Source: the human T2T-CHM13v2.0 reference genome, Homo sapiens. Taken from it: DNA of 64,000 nt. Below the pieces are notes generated by a model. That model saw only the letters and a list, made by a program, of their open reading frames with translations. It was not told where the DNA came from and did no database searches. Location of the stretch: contig CP086569.2 in NCBI GenBank assembly GCA_009914755.4, positions 20,960,001 to 21,024,000 on the forward strand. The letters run 5' to 3'. Made by a program: the position numbers and the translations under genes. Below are positions 1 through 13,300 of the stretch, in pieces. Every line of letters starts with the position of its first letter. Positions within the stretch are counted from its first letter, which is position 1.

Positions 1-172
1 GTCTGTTCATATACTTCATCCACTTTTTGATAGGATTATTTTTGTTTATTGTAAATTTGTGTAAGTTATTTGTAGATTCTGGATATTAGCCCTTTGTCAG
101 ATGGATAGATGGCAAAAATTTTCTCTCATTCTGTAGGATGCCTGTTCACTCTGATGACAGTTTCTTGGTATA
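1..172 (-). mobile_element. LINE-1 internal fragment (ORF2 region) in antisense orientation; the element continues upstream of the window and is interrupted at about 172
   Basis: Direct match by eye to the reverse complement of the L1 ORF2 segment (GTCTGTTCATATCCTTTGCCCACTTTTTGATGGGGTTGTTTG...GGATATTAGCCCTTTGTCAGATGAGTAGATTGCAAAAATTTTCTCCCATTCTGTAGGTTGCCTGTTCACTCTGATGGTAGTTTCTT). The window reads gtctgttcatatacttcatccactttttgataggattatttttg...ggatattagccctttgtcagatggatagatggcaaaaattttctctcattctgtaggatgcctgttcactctgatgacagtttctt. The divergence suggests an older L1P/L1M-type copy. Confidence 0.7.
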
Positions 173-494
173 AATTTTTGGAAATCCTAAAAGTGCTCTT
201 TAAAGTGTGATCTTTTGAACACTGGAAATACGAAGACACCAGGAAAGCATAATACCCTATTTTCAAGAGTTGATGACCTGAATCCCTGTGTAGCTCTCTA
301 ATGCAAAGATGAGAGTCACAGCAACTGGGTCAAATAATAAATTTTGAAGAAAATGAAGACTGTGTTCTCAGTTCCAGGTGCTTCATCAGGCTCATTGTGG
401 ATCCAGACTACCAGACACAAGACATTACACATTGTAATGCATTAAATGCATAGTTTTAACAGTAATAATTTAAAAGAGATTTAGAATTTTATAA

Positions 495-876
<382 letters not shown>

Positions 877-893
877 ATAGAGGCACTTTTAAC
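877..893. repeat. Right copy of the Alu target-site duplication
   Basis: catagaggcacttttaac directly abuts the Alu 5' end (…cacgcccaggc|atagaggcac) and matches 509-525 with 1-2 indels. Confidence 0.65.
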
Positions 894-956
894 CATAAAT
901 GAACACTGTTATGATTTGTATTACCACAGTATCATTATTCTGTCCTGTTTGCCTTA

Positions 957-1210
957 CATTTTATTTATTTATTATACTGTAAGTTCTGGGATACATGTGC
1001 AGAATGTGCAGGTTTGTTACAGAGATATATGCTTGTTTGCTGCACCTGTCAGTTTTTCATCTACATTAGGTATTTCTCCTAATGCTATTCCCTGTTAGGT
1101 CCCCACCCTCCAACAGTCTCCAGTGTTTGATGTTCCCCTCCCTATGTCCATGTATTCTCATTTTACAACTCCCACCTATGAGTGAGAAATTGCAGTGTTT
1201 GTGTGTTTGG
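957..1210 (-). mobile_element. LINE-1 3'-end fragment (3' UTR plus the adjacent body) in antisense orientation, 5'-truncated at about 1210; the poly-A tail reads as ttttatttatttatt at 957-971
   Basis: Reverse-complement match to the L1 3' end. ...attatactgtaagttctgggatacatgtgcagaatgtgcaggtttgttaca... matches the rc of ...TGTAACAAACCTGCACGTTCTGCACATGTATCCCAGAACTTAAAGTATAAT. It is followed by catctacattaggtatttctcctaatgctattccc...gtgtttgatgttcccctccctatgtccatgt...ctcccacctatgagtgagaa..gcagtgtttg, which matches the rc of ...CAAACACCGCATGTTCTCACTCATAGGTGGGAATTGAACAATGAGAACACATGGACAC...GGGATAGCATTAGGAGAAATACCTAATGTAGATG. The order and orientation show this cannot be the same element as the 1-172 fragment. 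Confidence 0.8.
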
Positions 1211-1340
1211 AACTTATTCCTTCCAGTGGGTTTGTGGTCTCGCTCACTGCAAAAATGAAGCTGTAGACCGTTTCGGTGTGTGTTACAACTCTTAAAGGTG
1301 GTGTGTCTGGAGTTTGCTACTTCACATGAGCTCATGGTCT
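1211..1340 (+). repeat. Degenerate LTR12 (HERV9 LTR U3-repeat)-like unit forming the proximal edge of the satellite array
   Basis: aacttattccttccagtgggtttgtggtctcgctcactgcaaaaatgaagctgtagaccgtttcggtgtgtgttacaactcttaaaggtggtgtgtctggagtttgctacttcacatg aligns to my recollection of the LTR12 U3 repeat (TTTCTTCCTTCTGGTGGGTTCGTGGTCTCGCTGGCTCAGGAGTGAAGCTGCAGACCTTCGCGGTGAGTGTTACAGCTCTTAAGGCGGCGCGTCTGGAGTTTGTTCCTTCTGATG). It retains GGTCTCGCT and GG.GG.G.GTCTGGAGTTTG, which the internal 125-bp monomers have lost. Confidence 0.55.
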
Positions 1341-4300
1341 TGCTTACTTCAAGAATGAAGCTGCAGACATTTACGGTGAGTGTTACAGCATTTAAAGCTG
1401 TTATGTCCAGAGTTTGTTCCTTAAGATGTGTCCAGAATTTCTTCCTTCAGGCAGGTTCATGGTCCTGCTTAATTCAAGAACGAAGCTGCAGACATTTACG
1501 GTGAGTGTTACAGCACTTAAAGGTGTTATGAACACAGATTGTTCCTTCAGATGTGTCCAGAGTTTCTTCCATCTGGCAGGTTCATGGCCTTGCTTACTTC
1601 AAGAATGAAGCTGCAGACCTTTACTGTGAGTGTTACAACACTTAAAGGTGTTATGTCCAGAGTTTGTTCCTTCAGATGTGTTCAGAGTTTCTTCCTTCTG
1701 GCAGGATCATGGTCTTGCTCACTTCAAGAATAAAACTGTAGAACTTAGTGGTGAGCGTTACAGCACTTAAAGGTGTTACGTCCAGAGTTTGTTCATTCAC
1801 ATGTGTCCAGAGTTTCTTCCTTCTGGCAGGTTCATGGTCTTGCTCACTTCAAGAATGAAGCTGCAGACCTTAGTGGTGAGTGTTACAGCACTTAATGGTG
1901 TTATGTTCAGAGATTGTTCATTCAGATGTGTCCGTAGTTTCTTCCTTCTGGCAGGTTCATGGTCTTGCTCACTTCAAGAATGAAGCTGCAAAGCTAAGTG
2001 TTGAGTGTTACAGCACTTAAAGGTGTTATGTCCAGAGTTTCTTCCTTCAGATGTGTCCAGAGTTTCTTCCTTCTGGCTGGCTCAAGGTCCTGCTTAATTC
2101 AAGAATGAAGCTGCAGACCTTAGTGGTGAGTGTTACAGCACTTAAAGGTGTTATGTCCAGAGTTTCTTCCTTCAGATGTGTCCAGAGTTTCCTCCTTCTT
2201 GCAGGTTCATGGTCTTGCTTACTTCAAGAATGAAGCTGCAGACATTAGTGGTGACTGTTACAGCACTTAAAGGTGTTATGTCCAGAGTTTGTTCCTTCAG
2301 ATGTGTCCAGAGTTTCTTCCTTATGGCAGGTTCATGGTCTTGCTCACTTCAAGAAAGAAGCTGAAGACCTTTACGGTGAGTGTTACAGCACCTAAAGGTG
2401 TTATGTCCAGAGTTTCTTCCTTCAGATGTGCCCAGAGTTTCTTCCTTCTGGCAGGTTCATGGACTTGCTCACTTCAAGAATGAAGCTGCAAACCTTTACG
2501 GTGAGTGTTACAAAACTTAAAGGTGTTATGTCCAGAGATTTTTCCTTCAGATGTGTTCAGAGTTTCTTCCTTCTGGCAGGTTCATGGTCTTGCTCACTTC
2601 AAGAATGAAGCTGCAGACCTTTACGGTGAGTGTTACAGCACCTAAAGGTGTTATGTCCAGAGCTTGTTCCTTCAGATGTGCCCAGAGTTTCTTCCTTCTG
2701 GAAGGTTAATGGACTTGCTCACTTCAAGAATGAAGCTGCAGACCTTAGTGGTGAGTGTTACAGCACTTAAAGGTGTTATGTCCAGAGATTGTTACTTCAG
2801 ATGTGTCCGGACTTTCTTCCTTCTGGCAGGTTCATGGTCTTTCTCACTTCAAGAATGAAGCTGCAGACCTTAGTGGTGAGTGTTACAGCATTTAAAGGTG
2901 TTATGTCCAGAGTTTGTTCCTTCAGATGTGTCCAGACTTTCTTCCTTCTGGCAGGTTCATGGTCTTCTCACTTCAAGAATGAAGCTGCAGACATTTACGG
3001 TGAGTGTTACAGCACCTAAAGTTGTTATGTCCAGAGTTTGTTCCTTCAGATGTGCCCAGAGATTCTTGCTTCTGGTAGATTCATGGTCTTGCTCACTTCA
3101 AGAATGAAACTGCAAACCTTTACGGTGAGTGTTACAACACTTAAAGGTGTTATGTCCAGAGTTTGTTCCTTCAGATGTGTTCAGAGTTTCTTCCTTCTGG
3201 CAGGTTCATGATCTTGCTCACTTCAAGAATGAAGCTGCAGAAGTTAGTTGTGAGTGTTACAGCGCTTAAAGGTGTTATGTCCAGAGGTTCTTCATTCAGA
3301 TGTGTCCGGAGTTTCTTCCGTCTGGCAGGTTCATGGTCTTGCTCACTTCAAGAATGAAGCTGCAGACCTTAGTAGTGAGTGTTACAGCACTTAAAGGTGT
3401 TATGTCCAGAGTTTGTTCATTTAGATGTGTCAAGAGTTTCTTCCTCCTGGCAGGTTCATGGTCTTGCTCACTTCAAGAATGAAGCTGCAGACCTTTACGG
3501 TGAGTGTTACAGCACTTAAAGGTGTTAGGTCTAGAGTTTGTTCCTTCAGATGTGTCCAGATATTCTTCCTTCTGGCAGGTTCATGGTCTTGCTCACTTCA
3601 AGAATGAAGCTGCAGACCTTAGTGGTGAGTCCCACAGCACTTAAAGGTGTTATGTCCAGAGTTTGTTCATTCAGATGTGTCCGGAGTTTCTTCCTTGTGG
3701 CAGGTTCATGGTCTTGTTCTCTTCAAGAATGAAGCTGCAGAAATTAGTGGTGAGTGTTACAGCACTTATAGGTGTTATGTCCAGAGTTTATTCCTTCAGA
3801 TGTGTCCAGAGTTTCCTCCTTCTGGCAGGTTCATGGTCTTGCTGACTTCAAGAATAAAGCTGCAGACCTGTACGGTGAGTGTTACAGCACTTAAAGGTGT
3901 TATGTCCATAGTTTGTTCCTTCAGATGTGTCCAGAGTCAATTCCTTCTGGCAGGCTCATGGTCCTGCTCACTTGAAGAATGAAGCTGCAGACCTCACTGG
4001 TGAGTGTTACAGCACTTAAAGTTGTTATGTCCTGAGTTTGTTCATGCAGATGTGACCGGAGTTTCTTTCTTCTGGCAGGTTCATGGTCTTGCTCACCTCA
4101 AGAATGAAGCTGCAGACCTTAGTGGTGAGTGTTACAGCACTTAAAGGTGTTATGTAGAGAGTTTGTTACTTCATATGTGTCCAGAGTTTCTTCATTCTGG
4201 CAGATTCATGGTCTTGCTCACTTCAATAATGAAGCTGCATACCTTTACGGTGAGTGTTACAGCACTTAAAGGTGTTAGGTCCAGAGTTTGTTCCTTCAGA

Positions 4301-7300
4301 TGTGCCCAGAGATTCTTGCTTCTGGTAGATTCATGGTCTTGCTCACTTCAAGAATGAAACTGTAAACCTTTACGGTGAGTGTTACAACACTTAAAGGTGT
4401 TATGTCCAGAGTTTGTTCCTTCAGATGTGTTCAGAGTTTCTTCCTTCTGGCAGGTTCATCATCTTGCTCACTTCAAGAATGAAGCTGCAGAAGTTAGTTG
4501 TGAGTGTTACAGCGCTTAAAGGTGTTATGTCCAGAGGTTCTTCATTCAGATGTGTCCGGAGTTTCTTCCGTCTGGCAGGTTCATGGTCTTGCTCACTTCA
4601 AGAACGAAGCTGCAGAACTTAGTGGTGAGTGTTACAGCACTTAAAGGTGTTATGTCCAGAGTTTGTTCATTTAGATGTGTCCAGAGTTTCTTCCTTCTGG
4701 CAGGTTCATGGTCTTGCTCACTTCAAGAATGAAGCTGCAGACCTTTACGGTGAGTGTTACAGCACTTAAAGGTGTTAGGTCTAGAGTTTGTTCCTTCAGA
4801 TGTGTCCAGATATTCTTCCTTCTGGCAGGTTCATGGTCTTACTCACTTCAAGAATGAAGCTGCAGACCTTAGTGGTGAGTCTCACAGCACTTAAAGGTGT
4901 TATGTCCAGAGTTTGTTCATTCAGATGTGTCCGGAGTTTCTTCCTTGTGGCAGGTTCATGGTCTTGTTCTCTTCAAGAATGAAGCTGCAGAAATTAGTGG
5001 TGAGTGTTACAGCACTTATAGGTGTTATGTCCAGAGTTTGTTCCTTCAGATGTGTCCAGAGTTTCCTCCTTCTGGCAGGTTCATGGTCTTGCTGACTTCA
5101 AGAATAAAGCTGCAGACCTGTACGGTGAGTGTTACAGCACTTAAAGGTGTTATGTCCATAGTTTGTTCCTTCAGATGTGTCCAGAGTTTCTTCCTTCTGG
5201 CAGGTTCATGGTCTTGCTCACTTCAAGAATGAAGCTGCAGACATTTACGGTGAGTGTTACAGCACCTAAAGGTGTTATGTCCAGAGTTTGTTCCTTCAGA
5301 TGTGCCCAGAGTTTCTTGCTTCTGGCAGATTCATGGTCTTGCTCACTTCAAGAATGAAGCTGCAAACCTTTACGGTGAGTGTTTCAACACTTAAAGGTGT
5401 TATGTCCAGAGTTTTTTCCTTCAGATGTGTACAGAGTTTCTTCCTTCTGGCAGGTTCATGATCTTGCTCACTTCAAGAATGAAGCTGCAGAAGTTAGTTG
5501 TGAGTGTTACAGCGCTGAAAGGTGTTATGTTCAGAGGTTCTTCATTCAGATGTGTCCGGAGTTTCTTCCGTCTGGCAGATTCATGGTCTTGCTCACTTCA
5601 AGAATGAAGCTGCAGACCTTAGTGGTGAGTGTTACAGCACTTAAAGGTGTTATGTCCAGAGTTTGTTCATTTAGATGTGTCCAGAGTTTCTTCCTTCTGG
5701 CAGGTTCATGGTCTTGCTCACTTCAAGAATGAAGCTGCAGACCTTTACGGTGAGTGTTACAGCACTTAAAGGTGTTAGGTCTAGTGTTTGTTCCTTCAGA
5801 TGTTTCCAGATATTCTTCCTTCTGGCAGGTTCATGGTCTTGCTCACTTCAAGAATGAAGCCGCAGACCTTAGTGGTGAGTCTCACAGCACTGAAAAGGTG
5901 TTATGTCCAGAGTTTGTTCATTCAGATGTGTCCGGAGTTTCTTCCTTCTGGCAGGTTTATGGTCTTGTTCTCTTCAAGAATGAAGCTGCAGAAATTAGTG
6001 GTGAGTGTTACAGCACTTATAGGTGTTATGTCCAGAGTTTGTTCCTTCAGATGTGTCCAGAGTTTCCTCCTTCTGGCAGGTTCATGGTCTTGCTGACTTC
6101 AAGAATAAAGCTGCAGACCTGTACGGTGAGTGTTACAGCACTTAAAGGTGTTATGTCCATAGTTTGTTCCTTCAGATGTGTCCAGAGTTAATTCCTTCTG
6201 GCAGGCTCATGGTCCTGCTCACTTGAAGAATGAAGCTGCAGACCTCACTGGTGAGTGTTACCGCACTTAAAGTTGTTATGTCCTGAGTTTGTTCATGCAG
6301 ATGTGACCGGAGTTTCTTTCTTCTGGCAGGTTCATGGTCTTGCTCACCTCAAGAATGAAGCTGCAGACCTTAGTGGTGAGTGTTACAGCACTTAAAGGTG
6401 TTATGTAGAGAGTTTGTTACTTCATATGTGTCCAGAGTTTCTTCATTCTGGCAGATTCATGGTCTTGCTCACTTCAATAATGAAGCTGCATACCTTTACG
6501 GTGAGTGTTACAGCACTTAAAGGTGTTATGTCTAGAGTTTGTTCCTTCAGATGTGTCCAGAGTTTCTTCTTTCTGGCAGGTTCATGGTCGTGCTCACTTC
6601 AAGAATGAAACTGCAGACCTTTACGGTGACTGTTACAACACTTAAAGGTGTTAGGTCCAGAGTTTGTTACTTCAGATGTGTCTAGAGTTTCTTCCTTTTG
6701 GCAGGTTCATGGTCTTGCTCACTTCAAGAATGAAGCTGCAGACCTTTACAGTGAGTGTTACAACACGTAAAGATGTTAGTTCCAGAATTTGTTCCTTCAG
6801 ATGTGTTCAGAGTTTCTTCCTTCTGGCAGGTGCATGGTCTTGCTCACCTCAGGAATGAAGCTGCAGACCTCAGTGGTGAGTGTTACAGCACGTAAAGGTG
6901 TTATGTCCAGAGATTGTTAATTCAGATATGTACAGAGTTTCTTCCTTCTGGCAGGTTCATTGTCTTGCTCACTTCAAGAATGAAGCTGCAGACCTTTACG
7001 GTGACTGTTACAGCCCTGAAAGGTGTTAGGTCCAGAGTTTGTTCCTTCAGATGTGTCCAGAGTTTCTTCGGTCTGGCAGGTTCATTGTCTTGCTCACTTC
7101 AAGAATGAAGCTGCAGACCTTTACGGTGAGTGTTACAGCATATAAAGGTGTTATGTCCACAGCTTGTTCCTTCATATGTGTCCAGAGTTTCTTCCTTCTG
7201 GCAGGTTCATGGTCTTGCTCACTTAAAGAATGAAGCTGCAGACGTTAGTGGTTAGTGTTGCAGCACTTAAAGGTGTTATGTCCAGAGATTGTTCATTCAG

Positions 7301-10300
7301 ATGTGTCCGTAGTTTCTTCCTTCTGGCAGGTTCATGGTCTTGCTCACTTCAAGAATGAAGGTTCAGACATTAGTGGTGAGTGTTACAGCACTTAAAAGTG
7401 TTATGTCCAGTGATTGTTCATTCAGATGTGTCCGTAGTTTCTTCCTTCTGGCAGGTTCAAGGCCTTGCTCACTTAAAGAATGAAGCTGCAGACCTTAGTG
7501 GAGAGTGTTTCAGCACTTAAAGGTGTTATGTCCAGAGTTTGTTCCTTCAGATGTGTCCAGAGTTTCTTCCTTCTGGCAGGTTCATGGTCTTGTTCACTTC
7601 AAGAATGAAGCTGCTGACCTTTACGGTGAGTGTTACAGCACTTAAAGGTGTTATGTCTAGAGTTTGTTCCTTCAGATGTGTCCAGAGTTTCTTCCTTCTG
7701 GAAGGTTCATGGTCTTGCTCACTTCAAGAATGAAGCTGCAGACCTTAGTGGTGAGTGTTACAGCACTTAAAGGTGTTATGTCCAGAGATCGTTACTTCAG
7801 AGGTGTCAGGAGTTTCTTCCTTCTGGCAGGTTCATGGTCTTGCTCAATTCAAGAATGAAGCTGCAGACCTTAGTGGTGAGTGTTACAGCACTTAAAGGTG
7901 TTATGTCCAGAGTTTGTTCCTTCAGATGTGTTCAGAGTTTCTTCCTTCTGGCAGGCTCATGGTCCTGCTTAATTCAAGAATGATGCTGCAGACATTTACG
8001 GTGAGTGTTACAGCACTTAAAGGTGTTATGTCCAGGGTTTGTTCCTTCAGATGTGTCCAGAGTTTCCTCCTTCTGGCAGGTTCATGGTCTTGCTTATTTC
8101 AAGAATGAAGCTGCAGACCTTAGTGGTGAGTGTTACAACACTTAAAGGTGTTATGTCCAGAGTTTGTTCCTTCAGATGTGTCCAGAGTTTCTTCCTTCTG
8201 GCAGGTTCATGGTCTTGCTCACTTCAAGAATGAAGCTGCACACATTTACGGTGAGCGTTACAGCACCTAAAGGTGTTATGTCCAGAGTTTGTTCCTTCAG
8301 ATGTGCCCAGAGTTTCTTGCTTCTGGCAGATTCATGGTCTTGCTCACTTCAAGAATGAAGCTGCAAACCTTTACGGTGAGTGTTTCAACACTTAAAGGTG
8401 TTATGTCCAGAGTTTTTTCCTTCAGATGTGTACAGAGTTTCTTCCTTCTGGCAGGTTCATGATCTTGCTCACTTCAAGAATGAAGCTGCAGAAGTTAGTT
8501 GTGAGTGTTACAGCGCTGAAAGGTGTTATGTTCAGAGGTTCTTCATTCAGATGTGTCCGGAGTTTCTTCCGTCTGGCAGATTCATGGTCTTGCTGACTTC
8601 AAAAATGAAGTTGCAGACCTTAGTGGTGAGTGTTACAGCACTTAAAGGTGTTATGTCCAGAGTTTGTTCATTTAGATGTGTCCAGAGTTTCTTCCTTCTG
8701 GCAGGTTCATGGTCTTGCTCACTTCAAGAATGAAGCTGCAGACCTTTACGGTGAGTGTTACAGCACTTAAAGGTGTTAGGTCTAGAGTTTGTTCCTTCAG
8801 ATGTGTCCAGATATTCTTCCTTCTGGCAGGTTCATGGTCTTGCTCACTTCAAGAATGAAGCCGCAGACCTTAGTGGTGAGTCTCACAGCACTGAAAAGGT
8901 GTTATGTCCAGAGTTTGTTCATTCAGATGTGTCCGGAGTTTCTTCCTTCTGGCAGGTTCATGGTCTTGTTCTCTTCAAGAATGAAGCTGCAGAAATTAGT
9001 GGTGAGTGTTACAGCACTTATAGGTGTTATGTCCAGAGTTTGTTCCTTCAGATGTGTCCAGAGTTTCCTCCTTCTGGCAGGTTCATGGTCTTGCTGACTT
9101 CAAGAATAAAGCTGCAGACCTGTACGGTGAGTGTTACAGCACTTAAAGGTGTTATGTCCATAGTTTGTTCCTTCAGATGTGTCCAGAGTTAATTCCTTCT
9201 GGCAGGCTCATGGTCCTGCTCACTTGAAGAATGAAGCTGCAGACCTCACTGGTGAGTGTTACAGCACTTAAAGTTGTTATGTCCTGAGTTTGTTCATGCA
9301 GATGTGACCGGAGTTTCTTTCTTCTGGCAGGTTCATGGTCTTGCTCACCTCAAGAATGAAGCTGCAGACCTTAGTGGTGAGTGTTACAGCACTTAAAGGT
9401 GTTATGTACAGAGTTTGTTACTTCATATGTGTCCAGAGTTTCTTCATTCTGGCAGATTCATGGTCTTGCTCACTTCAATAATGAAGCTGCATACCTTTAC
9501 GGTGAGTGTTACAGCACTTAAAGGTGTTATGTCTAGAGTTTGTTCCTTCAGATGTGTCCAGAGTTTCTTCCTTCTGGCAGGTTCATGGTCGTGCTCACTT
9601 CAAGAATGAAACTGCAGACCTTTACGGTGAGTGTTACAACACTTAAAGGTGTTAGGTCCAGAGTTTGTTTCTTCAGATGTGTCCAGAGTTTCTTCCTTCT
9701 GGCAGGTTCATGGTCTTGCTCACTTCAAGAATGAAGCTGCAGACCTTTACGGTGAGTGTTACAACACGTAAAGGTGTTAGTTCCAGAATTTGTTCCTTCA
9801 GATGTGTTCAGAGTTTCTTCCTTCTGGCAGGTTCATGGTCTTGCTCACCTCAGGAATGAAGCTGCAGACCTCAGTGGTGAGTGTTACAGCACGTAAAGGT
9901 GTTATGTCCAGAGATTGTTAATTCAGATATGTACAGAGTTTCTTCCTTCTGGCAGGTTCATTGTCTTTCTCACTTCAAGAATGAAGCTGCAGACCTTTAC
10001 GGTGAGTGTTACAGCCCTGAAAGGTGTTATGTCCAGAGTTTGTTCCTTCAGATGTGTCCAGAGTTTATTCGGTCTGGCAGGTTCATTGTCTTGCTCACTT
10101 CAAGAATGAAGCTGCAGAACTTAACGGTGAGTGTTACAGCATATAAATGTGTTATGTCCACAGTTTGTTCCTTCATATGTGTCCAGAGTTTCTTCCTTCT
10201 GGCAGGTTCATGGTGTTGCTCACTTAAAGAATGAAGCTGCAGACGTTAGTGGTTAGTGTTGCAGCACTTAAAGGTGTTATGTTCAGAGATTGTTCATTCA

Positions 10301-13300
10301 GATGTGTCCGTAGTTTCTTCCTTCTGGCAGGTTCATGGTCTTGCTCACTTCAAGAATGAAGGTTCAGACCTTAGTGGTGAGTGTTACAGCACTTAAAAGT
10401 GTTATGTCCAGTGATTGTTCATTCAGATGTGTCCGTAGTTTCTTCCTTCTGGCAGGTACAAGGCCTTGCTCACTTAAAGAATGAAGCTGCAGACCTTAGT
10501 GGAGAGTGTTTCAGCACTTAAAGGTGTTATCTCCAGAGTTTGTTCCTTCAGATGTGTCCAGAGTTTCTTCCTTCTGGCAGGTTCATGGTCTTGCTCACTT
10601 CAAGAATGAAGCTGCAGACCTTTACCGTGAGTGTTACAGCACTTAAAGGTGTTATGTCTAGAGTTTGTTCCTTCAGATGTGTCCAGAGTTTCTTCCTTCT
10701 GGAAGGTTCATGGTCTTGCTCACTTCAAGAATGAAGCTGCAGACCTTAGTGGTGAGTGTTACAGCACTTAAAAGTGTTATGTCCAGAGATTGTTACTTCA
10801 GATGTGTCAGGAGTTTCTTCCTTCTGGCAGGTTCATGGTCTTGCTTACTTCAAGAATGAAGCTGCAGACCTTAGTGGTGAGTGTTACAACACTTAAAGGT
10901 GTTATGTCCAGAGTTTGTTCCTTCAGATGTGTCCAGAGTTTCTTCCTTCTGGCAGGTTCATGGTCTTGCTCACTTCAAGAATGAAGCTGCATACATTTAC
11001 GGTGAGTGTTACAGCACTTAAAGGTGTTATGTCCAGAGTTTGTTCCTTCAGATGTGCCCAGAGTTTCTTGCTTCTGGCAGATACATGGTCTTGCTCACTT
11101 CAAGAATGAAGCTGCAAACCTTTACGGTGAGTGTTACAACACTTAAAGTTGTTATGTCCAGAGTTTTTTCCTTCAGATGTGTACAGAGTTTCTTCCTTCC
11201 GGCAGGTTCATGATCTTGCTCACTTCAAGAATGAAGCTGCAGAAGTTAGTTGTGAGTGTTACAGCGCTGAAAGGTGTTATGTCCAGAGGTTGTTCATTCA
11301 GATGTGTCCGGAGTTTCTTCCGTCTGGCAGATTCATCGTCTTGCTCACTTCAAGAATGAAGCTGCAGACCGTAGTGGTGAGTGCTACAGCACTTAAAGGT
11401 GTTATGTCCAGAGTTTGTTCATTTAGATGTGTCCAGAGTTTCTTCCTTCTGGCAGGTTCATGGTCTTGCTGACTTCAAGAATAAAGCTGCAGACCTGTAC
11501 GTTGAGAGTTACAGCACTTAAAGGTGTTATGTCCATAGTTTGTTCCTTCTGATGTGTCCAGAGTTAATTCCTTCTGGCAGGCTCATGGTCCTGCTCACTT
11601 GAAGAATGAAGCTGCAGACCTTACTGGTGAGTGTTACAGCACTTAAAGTGTTATGTCCTGAGTTTGTTCATGCAGATGTGACCGGAGTTTCTTTCTTCTG
11701 GCAGCTTCATGGTCTTGCTCACCTCAAGAATGAAGCTGCAGACCTTAGTGGTGAGTGTTACAGCACTTAAAGGTGTTATGTACAGAGTTCGTTACTTAAT
11801 ATGTGTCCAGAGTTTCTTCATTCTGGCAGATTCATGGTCTTGCTCACTTCAAGAATGAAGCTGCATACCTTTATGGTGAGTGTTACAGCACTTAAAGGTG
11901 TTATGTCTAGAGTTTGTTCCTTCAGATGTGTGCAGAGTTTCTTCCTTCTGGCAGGTTCATGGTCGTGCTCACTTCAAGAATGAAGCTGCAGACCTTTACG
12001 GTGAGTGTTACAGCACTTAACGGTGTTAGGTCCAGAGTTTGTTTCTTCAGATGTGTCCAGAGTTTCTTCCTTCTGGCAGGTTCATGGTCTTGCTCACTTC
12101 AAGAATGAAGCTGCAGACCTTTACGGTGAGTGTTACAACACTTAAAGGTGTTAGTTCCAGAATTTGTTCCTTCATATGTCTACAGAGTTTCTTCCTTCTG
12201 GCAGGTTCATGGTCTTGTTTACATCAGGAGTGAAGCTGCAGACCTCAGTGGTGAGTGCTACAGCACTTAAAGGTGTTATGTCCAGAGATTGTTATTTCAG
12301 ATATGTCCAGAGTTTCTTGCTTCCTGCAGGTTCATGGTCTTGCTCACTTCAAGAATGAAGCTGCAGACCTTTACGGTGAGTGTTACAGCACTGAAAGGTG
12401 TTATGTCCAGTGTTTGTTCCTTCAGATGTGTCCAGAGTTTCTTCCGTTTGGCAGGTTCATGGTCTTGCTCACTTCAAGAATGAAGCTGCAGACCTTTACG
12501 GAGGGTGTTACAGCACATAAAGGTGTTATGTCCACAGTTTGTTCCTTCATATGTGTGCAGAGTTTCTTCCTTCTGGCAGGTTCATGGTCTTGCTCACTTA
12601 AAGAATGAAGCTGCAGACCTTAGTGGTGAGTGTTGCAGCACTTAAAGGTGTTATGTCCAGAGATTGTTCATTCAGATGTGTCCGTAGTTTCTTCCTTCTG
12701 GCAGGTTCATGGTCTTGCTCACTTCAAGAATGTAGCTGCAGACCTCAGTGGTGAGTGTTACAGCACTTAAAAGTGTTATGTCCAGTGATTGTTCATTCAG
12801 ATATGTCCGTAGTTTCTTCCTTCTGGCAGGTTCAAGGTCTTGCTCACTTCAAGGATGAAGCTGCAGACCTTAGTTGAGAGTGTTTCAGCACTTAAAGTTG
12901 TTATGTCCAGAGTTTGTTCCTTCAGATGTGTCCAGAGTTTCTTCCTTCTGGCAGGTTCATGGTCTTGCTCACTTCAAGAGTGAAGCTGCAGACCTTAGTG
13001 GTGAGTGTTACAGCACTTAAAGGTGTTATGTCCAGAGATTGTTACTTCAAATGTGTCAGGAGTTTCTTCCTTCTGGCAGGTTCATGGCCTTGCTCACTTC
13101 AAGAATGAAGCTGCAGACATTAGTGGTGAGTGTTACAGCCCTTAAAGGTGTTATGTCCAGAGTTTGTTCCTTCAGATGTGTCCAGAGTTTCTTCCTTCTG
13201 GCAGGTTCATGGTCTTGCTCACTTCAAGAATGAATCTGCGGACCTTTACTGTGAGTGTTACAGCACGTAAAGGAGTTATATCCAGAGTTTGTTCCTTCAG

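Noticed and set aside
421-456. Short palindromes (cattacacattgtaatg; atgcattaaatgcat) as a possible regulatory or structural element
   Set aside because: They are AT-rich and very short. This is a plausible chance occurrence in AT-rich DNA, with no supporting context.
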